Assembly (NCBI RefSeq): GCF_009914755.1
Contig: NC_060942.1
DNA: 64,000 bases
Direction: 5' to 3' (one strand)
DNA from: the human T2T-CHM13v2.0 reference genome, Homo sapiens
Positions 12,301-25,486 of this stretch are shown piece after piece. The notes under the pieces were generated by a model. That model searched no databases, had not been told where the DNA came from, and worked only from the letters and a program-made list of their open reading frames with translations. The translations under genes were made by a program, and so were the position numbers. Position 1 is the stretch's first letter. Every line of letters starts with the position of its first letter.

Positions 12301-13658
12301 AATTTTGAAGAAATTCCAGACGTATTGAAGGAAGTCCCATAAATTCCATTTCTTGAAAGAAAAGGCCATGAGTCAGTATTTGAATGTGTTTCTTGCCAAA
12401 TAAGAGACAATACTCTTGTAAGGCACAGTCTCTATGGTCAAAGTAAACCACTGATCTTATAAAGAGTTCGGGAAGGGTGGCATCCAAGGACTCGTGGACT
12501 TTCATTAATGGAAATGTGTATGAATTGATTGACCTGGCTGAGGCTTGTGGAAGAAAGGCTACTGGAGTGAGGCTTTTGCTGATTGGTTGACTTTCGGATA
12601 TGTGTGGCTGCCACAGATTGGCTGACTTTCATAAGTATTAATATATTCATGTAAATAAGTTGTCCTTGATCAACTGGGTTGAGCCTGAAGTTGATTCTGG
12701 TGAGCTCTTGTTCATGGCTTGGGATTACTGCCAAAGGAAGGTCTTTTTCTTTCTTGAATTTGAAGGACTGGAATATTTCATTCTGACTTGGTTGCTGTAT
12801 CTTTGAGAGACATACTTTTTTCACAAATGATACTCATTTCAGTAAAAATGGGCAAACTTGAGATGTAACTGGATGACATGAGTCTTTAAGGTCTGGTGTT
12901 TGAGCTCCAACTACTTCTAGAGCATTTTGAGATAACCTTCAGATTAATTTATTAGAATGGCATCATAGAGTAATGAAATTAGATATTCCTTGAAAATGAT
13001 TTGTTGAGCCTCATTTTGTGACAGGTAGAAAAACTGAAACCTGAGAGGTGTTTTCACATTCCCTAAGAGATAAATCTTAACCTGGTTTCCTATGCACCTC
13101 TCAATACCAAGCTTTTCTGACATTGTTTGATGGGAATCTGGTCAATAAATAAGAGGAAAGACTATATCAATAAATTATTCATTGTGAGTAGTTATGTTAT
13201 TTGATAAAATATAAACTGTGTTAAATGGAAAACACATATTTATATGTTATATATATATTTCTTGATCTTATATATACAAACTATTTTCTGTTTTCTCTTT
13301 ATTCTCTAAGAGTAGAAAAGGAAAGTGTAGAAGAGAGGAAAAACAACGTGGAAGTGTTCTGATGGGACGGAAGAAGATCGGGCCAAGGAAAGAAGAATGT
13401 TGTGAAGATGCAAGCAGCCAATTTGTGCTCCATAAAAAGTAAAATGTTGGTATTATACATAAAGCCATTTGTTTCTTTTTCATGGGAAGGTAGAGAAATT
13501 AAATGTGAAGGCAATGGGGATTGGCATAGGAATAATGGAAAACAAAGTTGATGGTTCACTTCTTCATCTGAGGAGGCTCACTTTGTGGTCCTGCAGCCAG
13601 CAATAAGGAAAACAATGGAAGAGCATAGTGGTGATTTGCTAGTAAAAACATAGCTCCT

Positions 13659-13976
13659 GAGTTAAGTGTGGTGACTTACACCTGTAATCTCAGTACTTTG
13701 GGAGGCTGTGGAGGGAGAATTGCTTGAGGCCAGGCATTTGAGACTGCCATGTGCAGCATAATGAGACCCTATATCTACAAAAATTAAAAATAAAAACATT
13801 AGCCAAGAATGGTGGCACACACCTGTAGTCCCAGCTACTCTGGGAGGCTGAGGTGGGAGGATCATTGGAACCCAGGAGGTGGAGGCTACAGTGAGTCATG
13901 ATCATGCCACTACCCTTTAGCCTGGACAACAGAACGAGACCACCATCTCAAAAAATAGATAAATAAAAATAAAAAT
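13659..13976 (+). mobile_element. AluJ
   Basis: Diverged dimer with J-type gaggctgaggtgggaggatc and gaggctacagtgagtcatgatcatgccact; TSD aaaaacatagctcc / aaaaatacagctcc. Confidence 0.92.
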
Positions 13977-13989
13977 ACAGCTCCCATGT

Positions 13990-14805
13990 GTCCACTACTC
14001 TCCATTTCCACCACACTCTTTCTCCTGGTCCATGTCCTTAGTCTCCACGTTGGTCTCCGTTTTGTTCACTCTTGCCATCTTCCACACAGCAGCCAGTTAT
14101 CTTTTAAAAATACGGCTCCGTTTCACTCACTCTCCTTCAAAGGCTTCCCATTGCTCTTAGCATAAAATCCAAAATCTTTTAAATGTCTGATGAGTAATGT
14201 GGACACATACTTTGTTATCTCAACAGAGGTACCTTGAGAGAGAAAGGGGGCATCATTGCTGGGACTCTCTGGGGCACACTGGGCTGGGTGGTCCCCCCAG
14301 GGCCTTCTGTGACCTTGCCCCATCTACCTTTCCACTTTCTTTTGCTTCTCCCCGTACCAGCACCACTCATGATGCTCTAACAACATTGGCCTTCTTTCTG
14401 TTCCTCAAATGTCCAATTGTCTCTGACTGTAGAGCATCTGCACATACTGCTCTTCCTGCCTGGAACACTTGTGCTCCTCTCAGGCCAGATTCTACTCAGC
14501 CTCAGGATGTGCTTCTGATCCACAGTGCAAACTTTCTGATAGCCCAATCTAACTTAAGTGTCCTGTTACAATCTCTCATGGAGCCCTTTATTTTTTTCTC
14601 TATAGTAGTTTCACAATTAGTAATTTTGCGTTTATTTGTAGTGTTGTCTGCTGAATGTCCATCTTCTCCTCTAGGTGGTGTGCTCCCCAAGGCAGATATT
14701 GTATCTTTGTGTTCAAACTTTACTCCTATGTCCTGGCAGTATGGAATGCACATGGCAAGCACTCAAGACACAAGAAATATTTATTGAATGATGGATTGAA
14801 TAAAT
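13990..14805 (+). mobile_element. L2 LINE 3' region
   Basis: ttccacacagcagccag, ggcttcccattgctcttagcataaaatccaaa, ttggccttctttctgttcctc, ctcttcctgcctggaac; ends aaatatttattgaatgatggattgaat. Confidence 0.85.
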
Positions 14806-14922
14806 ATATACCTGGGTGGGTAAGAAGAGACAATACTTATCAAAATGCATAGGATGAGGGCAATATAAATGCTATAGACTTCTGCTGGACCTGTTCATAG
14901 GCTTCAGAATTTCCCCAACAAT

Positions 14923-15310
14923 ATGTATCTGTTAGCTTAGGCTGAGCATACTACAGTAACAAACATCCTCAGACTCTCAGCAGCTGACACAATAACGGTT
15001 TATTTATTGCTCATGTTACATGCCTATTGTAAGTCAGCTGCATGTCTTCTTCATCTGAGACCCAGGCTGTTGTAAGGGTCCCCATTCCAACATTGCTTGT
15101 CTCTTCGCAGAGAGAATGAGAGCATGGCCAAGGATGAGAGAGTTCTTGCTCTGCTCAGAAGGAGCACACCTCATTTCTGCTTCTATTTCGTTGGTCAAAG
15201 CAAGTAACATGATATCAACAGGGCCAAGATGTGTGATCCTCTCACAGGGAGACATCCACGTAAAGATGCCTATGGGAAAGGGATCAATACTTTGAAATAT
15301 CATAATACAT
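14923..15310 (-). mobile_element. MaLR solo LTR (MLT1I/J-like)
   Basis: tgtatctgttagc...acagtaacaaac...ggtttatttattgctcatg...gacccaggctg...ttggtcaaagcaagtaacatg. Confidence 0.7.
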
Positions 15311-16420
15311 AGGTGTTGCATGCTTTTGGTAGATGAACTAAAGGGAGTTTTCTTGCTTGCGTATTTTGGTAAGGTCTGGGAGTTAAACGGAAAATATGAC
15401 TCTAATTTTATTCTTGGGAAAACCAGGGCTCTATGAGCTGAGGCAGTACCCTGAGACTAAAAAGCACTGTGTCTGAGAGAGTGAGTCTCCAGACTAGTCT
15501 GCAGCTGCCTTGCTCCTCTGTGGGCTTTAATTCCCTTTTCACCCATGCCCAGCCCTTGGAGTCATCTTCTGATGTTTCATGATATTCTTTGATATCTTTT
15601 ATACTTGCACGAATTTTCTTCTTACTAAAGTTAGGCTTTATCTATGCAAGAGAGAGATAAATGCAAATCAGGAGAAAACCCAGCCTTCTGTTTCTAGTGG
15701 AGAAGTTCTGTATTTAATGCCTTCTACAGACCATTAACATCCCATTTTTAAAAGAAAAAGGGAGGTTTTACTGGGTGGGTTGATCATTCACTCTCCTGAT
15801 TCCTGCCTTCACCAAGTTCTCCAAAATCAAGACTCTAATAAGAAATTTAACTCAGCCTTTTTTGGCGGGGGTGGGTGGGGTAAACCTCATCCTTCCCTCA
15901 TTTTAAAGTGAAATGGACAGAAAACCTGAAGAACTGAAAGGTAGGTGAGATCACAGCACTTATACAATAATTCAATTAACATCTGCTTTCTTAAAAGCAA
16001 ATGTTAAAATTGTACCTGCAGCTTTGAGGCATAATCGGAACTTCTCTTTGGAAATGGGATGATATTTAAAGAACAGAAGTGTGTGACCAGGAATGGCAGG
16101 GAGTGCAGCTGAGACAAAGCTGGGGGCATGTGACAAGGTAAAGAGCCTCTTTTAAAATGCCTATGGTCAGCAAATGCACAAGAGACTTATTTTTCCTTTT
16201 GGAAATGAGGCTCTGATCTTCAATTGAATCCAAGTGCCTGCAACCCCATTTGACTTACCTCTATTGTGCCAAAAAAATAAAATTAGAATTAAAACTAGAT
16301 GAATGTAAGTGCAAAATAGACTGAAAAGGCAGGCATTGTGTAATGACAATTCAGCAAGCAGTGAAACTTCACAGTCATGATCACCGAGGGGAACATCAGA
16401 GTCATGAAATCCTGTCAATG

Positions 16421-16723
16421 TTTTTTGTTTTTTTTTTTTTTGAGACGGAGTCTTGCTCTGTCACCCAAGCTGGAGTGCAGAGTGGTATGATCTCAGCTCA
16501 CTGCAACCTCCGCCTCCAGGGTTCAATCAATTCTCCTGCCTCCACCTCCTGAGTAGCTAGGATCACAGGTGTGCACCACCACGCCTGCTAATTTTTGTAT
16601 TTTTAGTAGAGATGGTGTGACACCATGTTGGCCAGGCTGGTCTCCAACTCCTGACCTCAAGTGATGCACCCGCCTCAGCCTCCCAAAGTGTTAGGATTAC
16701 AAGCGTGAGCCACTGTGCTGGGA
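16421..16723 (-). mobile_element. AluS (Sx/Sz-like)
   Basis: Full dimer with poly(T), ctcctgacctcaagtgat; TSD-like cctgtcaatgtttt / cctctcaatctttt. Confidence 0.93.
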
Positions 16724-17772
16724 CCCTCTCAATCTTTTGGATAAGCCTGTGCCATGCCACGCACTACCTATGAAAATCTCAGCTATTTCTGAAGCTTTAG
16801 AGAAGAAGGGTAAAATATCTCCTTATTTTATTGAACTCTTCGTTTTCAGCTTTATCTCAATGTTGTGTTTACTATCAGAGAAATAAGTTGCATTTTCAAG
16901 AAATACCCACAGGTGGGTGGTTGTTTCTGTTTGGGACCAGTCCCACCCACCAGGGAACTGTGGTGCCAGACAGGACAGAATTTCCGCATTGCCATCCGGT
17001 TCTTATCATTAGCAAATGAGTAAAGAAACGGGAGATCAAAGCGAATATTCATCCAGTGCTAAATGCTTTGAAGAAGACTCTTCCCTTGCTGAACCCCTTG
17101 GTATGAATTAGCTAAGTGATGAATAAATACAAAATGTCTACCCGGGAGCGAGAGTTAAAGAAATTGAACAAAGGAGGTGCAGATGGATGTCATGATGACT
17201 AACGTGCTTAAGTACTCAGCTTATCTGTGATGTCCCCTGAGGTTTCTTAGAACTCACAATGACTGTTTCATATTTGTACAACACCCTGGAGTCTCAGACA
17301 ACACATGATCTCTACCTGCCACTTGCCTAATTCTGTTGACAGAAACTGCTTTCAATATGACTGTTGAAATTTAAAGGTGAAATTGGCTATTGAAACTCAA
17401 GATATTTAATTACTTTGTTTTTACTTTATTTGCATAAAAACATAATATTATAGTTACTTGTAGTAAGTATAGGTTATAAATATTTTATCCCAACTGTTCT
17501 TTTTCCCTCCAACTGCTGAATCTAGCTACCTATGTTTAGTCTTTACTTAGGCTGCTCTTGCTTCCACTGTTGAGGAAATTACACCAGCTTTATATCCAGA
17601 GAACCTTAAACCTCTCATCTTTCCCTGCTTCCCACACTCATTCACCACCATTGTGTCCAGGAAAGACACAGTAACATTCTCCCATTTTCTTTATACCTCT
17701 TTACATATGTAGTTCTTACTTCGCCTTGCCCTTTAGAAGTCTGGGTACATAATATGTATGTTTGTCTTCAAA

Positions 17773-18235
17773 GAGGCACTATGCTGTAATAGTTTATAGT
17801 ACGGGTTGGAAACTTTTTTCTGTAAACACCCAAATTGTAAAGATTTTAGACTTTTCAGGCCCTAGTGGTAACTTCTCAATTCTGCAATTGTATTGTAAAA
17901 TCAGCCATAGACAATATGGAATCAGATAGTCACGGTTGTGTTCCAGTAGAACTTTATTTACATACACAGCAGCTGGCCAGATTTGACCTACAGGTTGTAG
18001 TTTGCTGACTCTTGGTGCAGAGCATGGACTTTGGAGCCACATGGCCTCACTTCCTGGCTTTGTGTACTTGGGCAAGTCACTAACCTCTCTGCCCATTAGT
18101 TTTCCCATCATCATGGGAAGAATAACACCTGCTTCACAGGGTTGTTTTGAAGGTGAAATTATCTGACACATGTAAAGTTGGTAAAGATTTCTCTCTGGAA
18201 TAGTATGAAATCAACATAAATGCTTGCTATTGTTA
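17773..18235 (+). mobile_element. MIR interrupted by MER58A
   Basis: gaggcactatgctgtaatagttta...[insert]...agagcatggactttggagcca...ttgggcaagtcactaacctctctg...cttcacagggttgttttgaag. Confidence 0.8.
17801..18014 (-). mobile_element. MER58A hAT-Charlie DNA transposon
   Basis: gggttggaaacttttttctgtaaa...cagccatagacaata...gttccagtagaactttatttac...gtagtttgctgactcttg; decayed TIRs, ~215 bp. Confidence 0.85.
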
Positions 18236-18746
18236 CAAGCAACTTGAGGGGAAAAATAATACGTATTATTTACTTTTCTCTTCCTTTGTGTTTCCACAAT
18301 CTCCTCACTCTCCACAGCACATAGTAGAGTCCAAGTTGCAGAGATACTCAATAATTATGTGTTGCATTGAATTATTCTGGCTTGCTTTGGCCTTACTTTT
18401 TTTGTTTTTTGTGTTTTTTTTTTTTAACAAAGAATAACTACTTAATTTCTCTTCTTTCCCTTCCATCTGATGAATATGTCCTGTATAGTTATTACTTTCT
18501 TGCTCTTAGAGAAAAATTATGTTCTAGGGAGTATCTATTTGGGGCAACTTGAATCTATGTTTCCCAGCTTAAATTTTTAAAAAATATATATTTTGAGCTC
18601 CTGCAACCAATATCCTTTTTCCCTTCTTTATGGTTTAGAACTAAAATTTTTTTTTTAACTAATCCTTTTCCTTCATGTGTAGACCTAAACTTTTGAAGGG
18701 GGTTTTCCTAAAGAGATCAAATATTTTGTCCTTTCTGAATATTTTC

Positions 18747-19294
18747 CTGGGGGACAGATCTAGGACAGCCCTCTGATTATCCTCCCTTGGTAGTATTCAT
18801 ACTATTGTATGATCCTTTTACTGTGAGTATAGGTGGGACCTGTAAGTTGTTTCTAAACAGTAAATTATGACAAAGATGATATGATGTCACTGTCATTATT
18901 ATGTCACATAAGATTATGACTTCTATCTTGCTAGTAGACCCTCTCCATTAACTCTCTCTCTTTCTGATTGAGTGTAAGCTGCTATATGAAGGGATCCACA
19001 AGACGAATAATTAAGGGGGACCTCTGATCAACAGCCAGCAAGGAACTGAATCCCTCAGACCCACAACTCACAAGAAACTGAAGCTGAAGCAGATTCTTCC
19101 TCAGTCAAGCTTCAGGTGAGATTCTAGCCCTGCCCAACACCTTGGTTATAGCCTATGACAGACCCTGGAGCGGGCAACACAGCTAAGCTGTACCCAGATT
19201 CCTGACTCACAGAAACTGTGAAATAATAAATGTGAATTGTTTTAAGCTGCTAAAATTGTGGCAATACTGTTATGCAAAAATAGATAACTAACAC
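18747..19294 (+). mobile_element. MaLR solo LTR (MLT1E/F-like)
   Basis: aacagccagcaaggaactga...cagattcctgactcacagaaactgtgaaataataaatgtg...tgttttaagctgcta...tgttatgcaaaaatagataactaacaca. Confidence 0.88.
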
Positions 19295-22200
19295 AATATG
19301 AAACTACTGGATTATAACAGCAATTATTCAAAATAATTATAATGGTTTCTTATCAATGATTTGGTTTGTCAATCATCAAATGTATTTAAGAATTGATTTT
19401 TAATGTCATCATGCTTGGCAACTTGGTTCGCCACCAATACTATGGTAATTAATAATCTATAATAACACTTCCATAATCCAGCCTTCTGGAAAATTCAGTT
19501 CCCCAAAAGAATCCTAAATCTGGAAAACAGCGTCAGGGAATAAACAAATTCAAATTTTTGTGAAATAAACAGCACAACTAAGAAAAACTGAAGATTACAA
19601 TATTGCAACTGCTCTATTGTAATTGTGATTGGGTAGCTCATAGCATAAAAGCAAGAAGTTAGTTGTGGTTCTAAAAGAGGAGAAATGGTAGCTGGGCTTG
19701 ATGGGAGTATACACCATTGCTCCTATTCCATCTAAACATGGCCTCATACATAACTATGGTCAGTGTTTGGGCAGGGGACATTAGCACAGCAATGATCCTC
19801 TGAATAAGTATACTGTGACCTAACAGCTTTAATATATCCTGACATTTTAAGCACTAACTTCCCAGTGTGCAGTGCATTGAACTCTGTGGAAAATAGATCC
19901 TAGATAACTAAGTAACAATAAGTAATATTTTCTCTTTCCTGTTAATGAAAGTGGACGTGTGAAATCATGAGTTGGATGGACAAAATCACTTTCTCATATG
20001 CTTGAGAGATGTAAACGGACCTTTCAGATCCAGAGACAGATCTATCAAAGTCATATTTCCGACACCTGCCACTGGTTTCCCTTGCTTTTATAACCCAACA
20101 GATAATGGGGCCATGTTTAAAAGGAATGGGGGTGATGGTATAGATTCAGGATCTAGGGGTTATTCGTTATAATATCTGTGTTAACCTGAGTGTTAGGAAT
20201 GGGTCACCAGGGGAGTTTCTGATATAGCCTGAGAATGATGAAGATGCTGGAAAACCGGCCCCGTCACACACCAATGAAGCACGAATAGCTGTGCCCATCT
20301 CTCAGACAACTGGCTGATGTCGGCAGCAGGAACTGAACTGAACAAACAGGGAGGAGAGTGACTTTGCTTCTCATCAAAGGTTACAGAATGAAGCCTGCAG
20401 CTCAGCTTTCCATGAAGTCATCTTTATGGATTTGGGGTTCTGTGGAACTGATTAGTAGCTTTAAATCCCCACTTGGCTTTGTCTTTGTAAGAAGAAAATA
20501 CCTAATTGTGTCTCAGATTCACATTAACTTGGTCCATATCTAATTGGAAAAAATTTTTTGTTATTCCACAGAATCATTGACTGTAATAATCCATAGATTC
20601 ACCACATCTAGGCTATTAAAACCCACTCTACCAAACTCGGACAGCATGACAATTGTAGTTGATTAATACTGTGGTGCCATTCTGAATAAGCTTCCAATCT
20701 TGTCCTAGTCAAATTCATTGCTTGCTACATGGCTTTCCCGGTTAATTCTGAATTCAGCAAAGAGCTCCAATGGGCTGATGTTGAGCAGAGGTCAGCGGCT
20801 GCCAGAACTGTCATACTTACTACTGTCTCCATGAGCCAGACTGGAAAGGTACACAGAGCTGAGAGCTCAGGTATACCCTGATCCCACTATCAGATCTAAC
20901 TGGGCTCCCACCATCACCACCCTATTGCAGAAAGAAATCATGAGTGACCACTCAGCTCAAGGCTTCTCTGCTGATGCCATCCAGTGAGTTTCCTGGCAGC
21001 CATCTTTTTATGAAAGAATAGAGGTCAGCCTGACTGCACTTCCAGATGATTAGAGGTGAATCCGCAGGAAATTTATGGTAGACAGTTAATGGGAGGTGTT
21101 GATTGTGTGTGTGTGTGAGAACACAGGTTGTAAATTCTGGCTTTTCTTGCCTGCAGTTGGCTGTAACAGTGTAATTACATTAAACCAGTTCCTGGAACCA
21201 TGGGACTGTGATGTGCCTTCATCTAACACATCTGCTTTATTGCTCTCACAACCAGCCCCACGAAAGAGTTGGGGTTTTGGTATAGCCCACAACAAGCCAC
21301 TCTCCTCTCTGCTCAAGTCAGTTACTTCTCTGACTCTGGGGTACCCGTGTCACCCTAAAGGCAAATGCCTTTAAGCTCTAGGAAACTTTCTGCTTCTTCA
21401 TCAGTGGAAAATGACCTTAAGCTACCTGAAAGCTCCCTGTCTCCTCAAATCTCATCTCCCCATTCCCCCACCGTCCACTCTCTAGCTCATCTCACACCTG
21501 GAAGTCTACATGAATGAACTTTCCACCCCACTAATAACCTGATGAAACAAGTGCAGGTCAAAGGAGACCCGTTAGCTGAGTTCCACAGCCCAGTCAACAG
21601 GAGCTCAACAGTAAGAATGAGCAAAGCGTGCAAGTTCTTCAGGGAAGTTTACCCAAACCTGCTGGGCAGCTCAATTATCCCTATCTCATATCCACTGGGA
21701 ATTCCAAGGAGCTGGTCCTCAAAACATGCCAGGAGGTACACTAAGGTACACTTTTCTAATTATAATTAGAAAAGGGTTCTATTCACTGTTTGAAGTAGGA
21801 AAGTAAATGAAAACACCTGCGCCCCGAATTATGTTCAAACAAAACACATTTCCTTTCCCACACTAATGTAATAACCTTTTTTAACTCTTCCCTTTCTGCA
21901 GAGATCTGAGATCAAAAGAGATTCAGTCCTGCTACCCTTGATGCTGGGACCTTTTCCCCCTTGGCCATTTCCTAGCTTATTTCCAAGTGGGTTGGACTGA
22001 AAGGTCTGAGTTCCAGTCTTAGGTTTATAGACTGAGTTCCAGTCACAGGTTTACATACTGTGATGTCTCACAGTAAGTAACGTGTGTGGATCACTGGAAA
22101 CTCCCAAACCACTATTTTAAGGGGAAAGGCACTGAGGAAGGATGAAAGCTAGAGACTCTTTCCTTCATCCTCCCAATCTCTTATGCTGTAAGAAGGATGT

Positions 22201-22439
22201 GTTGGGTAAAGCTAGAAGAATATCTTGGGTACAGCCTCTTGTAGTGTTTCCTACCTATGGCATGATACTTTTGAAAGACCCCTTCCTGTCCTGCAGAACA
22301 TCTTTAGTCCTCACAAGTTCTCCTGCTGCAGGGGACTTGTCTGACCTCTTCAGGCTGGGACCAGTTCCCCTTATATCCCATAGAGGCTTTTTTTTTCCTG
22401 TGGCGCACCAGCATCATTGTGTCACCATGCTCTGCTCCT

Positions 22440-22565
22440 GGGCCTGTCACCTCCCATGGACTGTGAGCTCCTGGAAGCAGTTCATTTTTGTATCCTTAGC
22501 ACCTGGCATACAGCCTGGCATGCAGTGGACACTCAACAAATATCTTTGAATGAATTAGTGAGTGG
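22440..22565 (+). mobile_element. L2 3' end
   Basis: gactgtgagctcctggaa...tgtatccttagcacctggcatacagcctggcatgcagtggacactcaacaaatatctttgaatgaat. Confidence 0.8.
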
Positions 22566-23782
22566 ATGATAGTAAAGAATAGCAAAAGTAAAACGTTCTT
22601 CCAATGAAAGTAGATGTTGAGAATAAAGGTGCTCCTCTGAATCACCCCTGACATGCAAAGACCCTCTGTTTCCTAAGAAGGAAAGTGGATGAATTCCACT
22701 CATGGTTGCTCCAGAGCCAAACACAAGCAGACCTTATGTGCACTTCGCCTTGGACAGAGGCAGAAAGCCACTGAGCCTGATGCTGATGCGGGCATCAGCC
22801 TGGCTCCTGCCCTAAAGCAAGCTCATCTTCACTTCCCATCTTGCAGATGGAGTTTCCAGTTTCCTGTGATCCCTGCCTCAATTTTTTGCTTATTCAATGG
22901 AGATAATAATACTTACCACCGATGAGTTCTGGGGAAATGAACAATACTACCTACCTTTCACCACTAAGTTTTGGGGAAGTAAATGAGGTTGCAAGGAAAA
23001 AATTGCACCTGTAAACTCAGCTATCTTCAATACGTGCCCAAGTTTTTATTTACATTGATGTCCACCATTTGAAGAGTTAAATAGTTCTAAAATACTCATT
23101 ATTTTAAAAGCAGCTCTCCTCCTTCTCCACCACCTTCCCATACACTCATATCTTTTACCCCATTCCTCACAATGTGATTCATTTAGTTTTTGATGAAATT
23201 CTCAATGTTTATATTTTTAGGAGCATGAAAAGTTACTTACAGCTTTGTATTTACTATGTCACAGTTACAATTCCTTTCTTTTATAACTCCTCTCATCTGG
23301 AGTTAATAATTGCCTTCTTGATTTTTTTGCATGGTGCTCTATGTATCTATCACTATTGCCAAACCTGATGATAGATCTGTAAATCTCTTCTTGACACATT
23401 AGAACACATTAAGAAACATATCCATTCTGCCTACCTATCCATCTGTCTTGGAGATATACCTTTGGAAGCCCTCTATTCTCTTCCCTACTTCTTTGCTCTA
23501 ATTGTTTTCTAGGCCTGATGCACAGGTTTTATCCTGGGATCCTTCCTCACCATTCTCCCATAGGTTAATATTCTTTCTTTTTCTCTTCCTCTGGTGTTGG
23601 ATCCCTCATTTCTTGAATAGCTTTTCCTTTTCCCTCTTTCTTTGTTTATTCTGATTAAACAAATCCTTCAGAAACTTTTGAGAAGCATTTGAGAGGTAAA
23701 ATTTCTGATGCATTTTGTCTCACACTCGATTGACAGCTTGATTGAGAATAGAATTCAAGGTTAGGAAGGCTTTTGCAAAATA

Positions 23783-24080
23783 TTTTTTGTGTGTATGACA
23801 GGGTCCCACTCTCTTGCTCAGGCTGAAGTGCAATGGCACAATCACAGCTCACTGCAGCCTTTGCCTCCTGGCTCAAGTGAACCTCCCACCTCAGCCTCCT
23901 GAGTAGCTGGGACTACAGGGGAGCACCATCATACTGGCTAACTTTTGTATTTTTCTTTTCTTGGTAGAGATGGGGTTTCACCATGTTTGCCAGGCTGGTC
24001 TCAAACTCCTGGGCTTAAGGGATCTGCCTGCCTCAGCCTCCCAAAGTGCTGGGATTACAGGCATGAGCCACCCTGCCCAG
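23783..24080 (-). mobile_element. AluJ (Jb-like)
   Basis: acagggtcccactct...cacaatcacagctcactgcagcct...ctcccacctcagcc...caaactcctgggcttaag. Confidence 0.92.
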
Positions 24081-24760
24081 TTAGCATGGAATTTTGAAAA
24101 CATTGATTCATTGTCATCTATCTCCCAAGTTACTCTTAAGAAGCCTGGTACCATTCTAATTCTTCATATTTTGTACATAATCCATTTTTTCCTCTTGAAT
24201 CTTTTAAAATATTCACTTGGACTTCAGTGTTCTAAGTTTTTATGATGCTACTCTTTGTTGTGGGTTCATCTATCATGTTGTCCGATGGGTGGGCCCTTTC
24301 AATCTAGAAATACAGGAGCTGTCATTTTGGGAAATGTCTTTGAATTTTTGCATTGATGATACTCTTCACTACCTTTTCTCTGTTCTCTCTTTCTGGAACT
24401 CTTGTTATTTGTGTATCATACTTCCTAGATTTACTCTCTAACTATTTTATAATTTCCTGCATTTTTCAATCATTTTGATTTTTTTATCTGTGTTCTAGAA
24501 AATCAACTTCACTCTTCTTTTTATTCTTCCCATTAAGCTTTTACAAATATTTTAATTTAATTTTTAATTTCCAATGGTTTATTTTACTTCTCTGAATGCT
24601 TTTTTTAAAAAGTACACTGTTCTAGTTTTATGGATGGAATATCTTCTCAGTTCTCTGAGGATATTAGTAATAGTGGGTTTGTCGGTTGGTAGGTATTCTA
24701 GTAAAGAACTTATTTTGTTTTTCCCCATGTTTCTCTATCCTGGTTATCGATCTTGGTCTC

Positions 24761-25486
24761 TGTATTAGTCTGCTGGGGCTACCATAACAAAGTACCCCAA
24801 ACTGGGTGGCTTAAAACACAGAAATTTATTGTCTCACGGTTTTGGAAGCTAGACGTCTGAAATCAAGATGTCAGCAGGGTTGGTTCCTTCTGAGGGCTAT
24901 GAGGAAAAGATCTGTTTCGGGCCTCTCTCTCTTTGACTCATAGAGGCTCATCTCTGCCTCTGTGTGCATTTTCTTCCCTCTATGTGTGTCCCCTTCATAT
25001 GGCATTCTTTTATTTTTTGAGACAGAGTCTCACTCTGCCGCCCAGGCTGGAATGCAGTGGAATGATCTCGGCTCACTGCAACCTCTGACTCCTGGTCAGA
25101 GGCAGCAATTCTCCTGCCTCAGCCACCCTGGTAGCTGGGATTACAGGCATGCACCCCCAAGCCTGGCTATTTTTTGTATTTTTAGTAGACACCGGGTTCA
25201 CCATGTTGGCTAGGCTTGTCTCAAACTCCTGAGCTCAAGTGATCTGCCTACTCTGCTTCCCAAAGTGCTGGGATTACAGGTGTGACCCACCACACCTGGC
25301 CCATATGGCATTCTTTTTTATAAGGACATATGTATTGGATTAGGGCCCACCTTCCTCTAGTATAAACTTACCTTAACTAATTATATCTGTGACCCCCCCT
25401 ACTTCCAAATAATGTCATATTCTCAGGTACTGGGGGTTAGGACTTCAATATATGAATTTTGTGGGCACACAATTCATGCTGTAACA
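24761..25486 (-). mobile_element. MLT1B-like MaLR solo LTR split by an Alu
   Basis: Termini tgtattagtc...gtaaca, 5-bp TSD gtctc at 24756-24760 and 25487-25491; gcttaaaacacagaaatttattgtctcac, ggattagggcccacc, ggtactgggggttaggacttcaa. Confidence 0.9.
25012..25301 (-). mobile_element. AluS inside MLT1B
   Basis: Full dimer; perfect 16-bp TSD catatggcattctttt at 24996-25011 and 25302-25317. Confidence 0.95.

Noticed and set aside
13280-13495. Possible plus-strand exon after ctctttattctctaag
   Set aside because: AAG acceptor and only weak donors (gtaaaa, gtagag); insufficient support
14197-14787. Longest ORF (196 aa)
   Set aside because: Lies inside a decayed L2, has no recognisable domain and no exon structure
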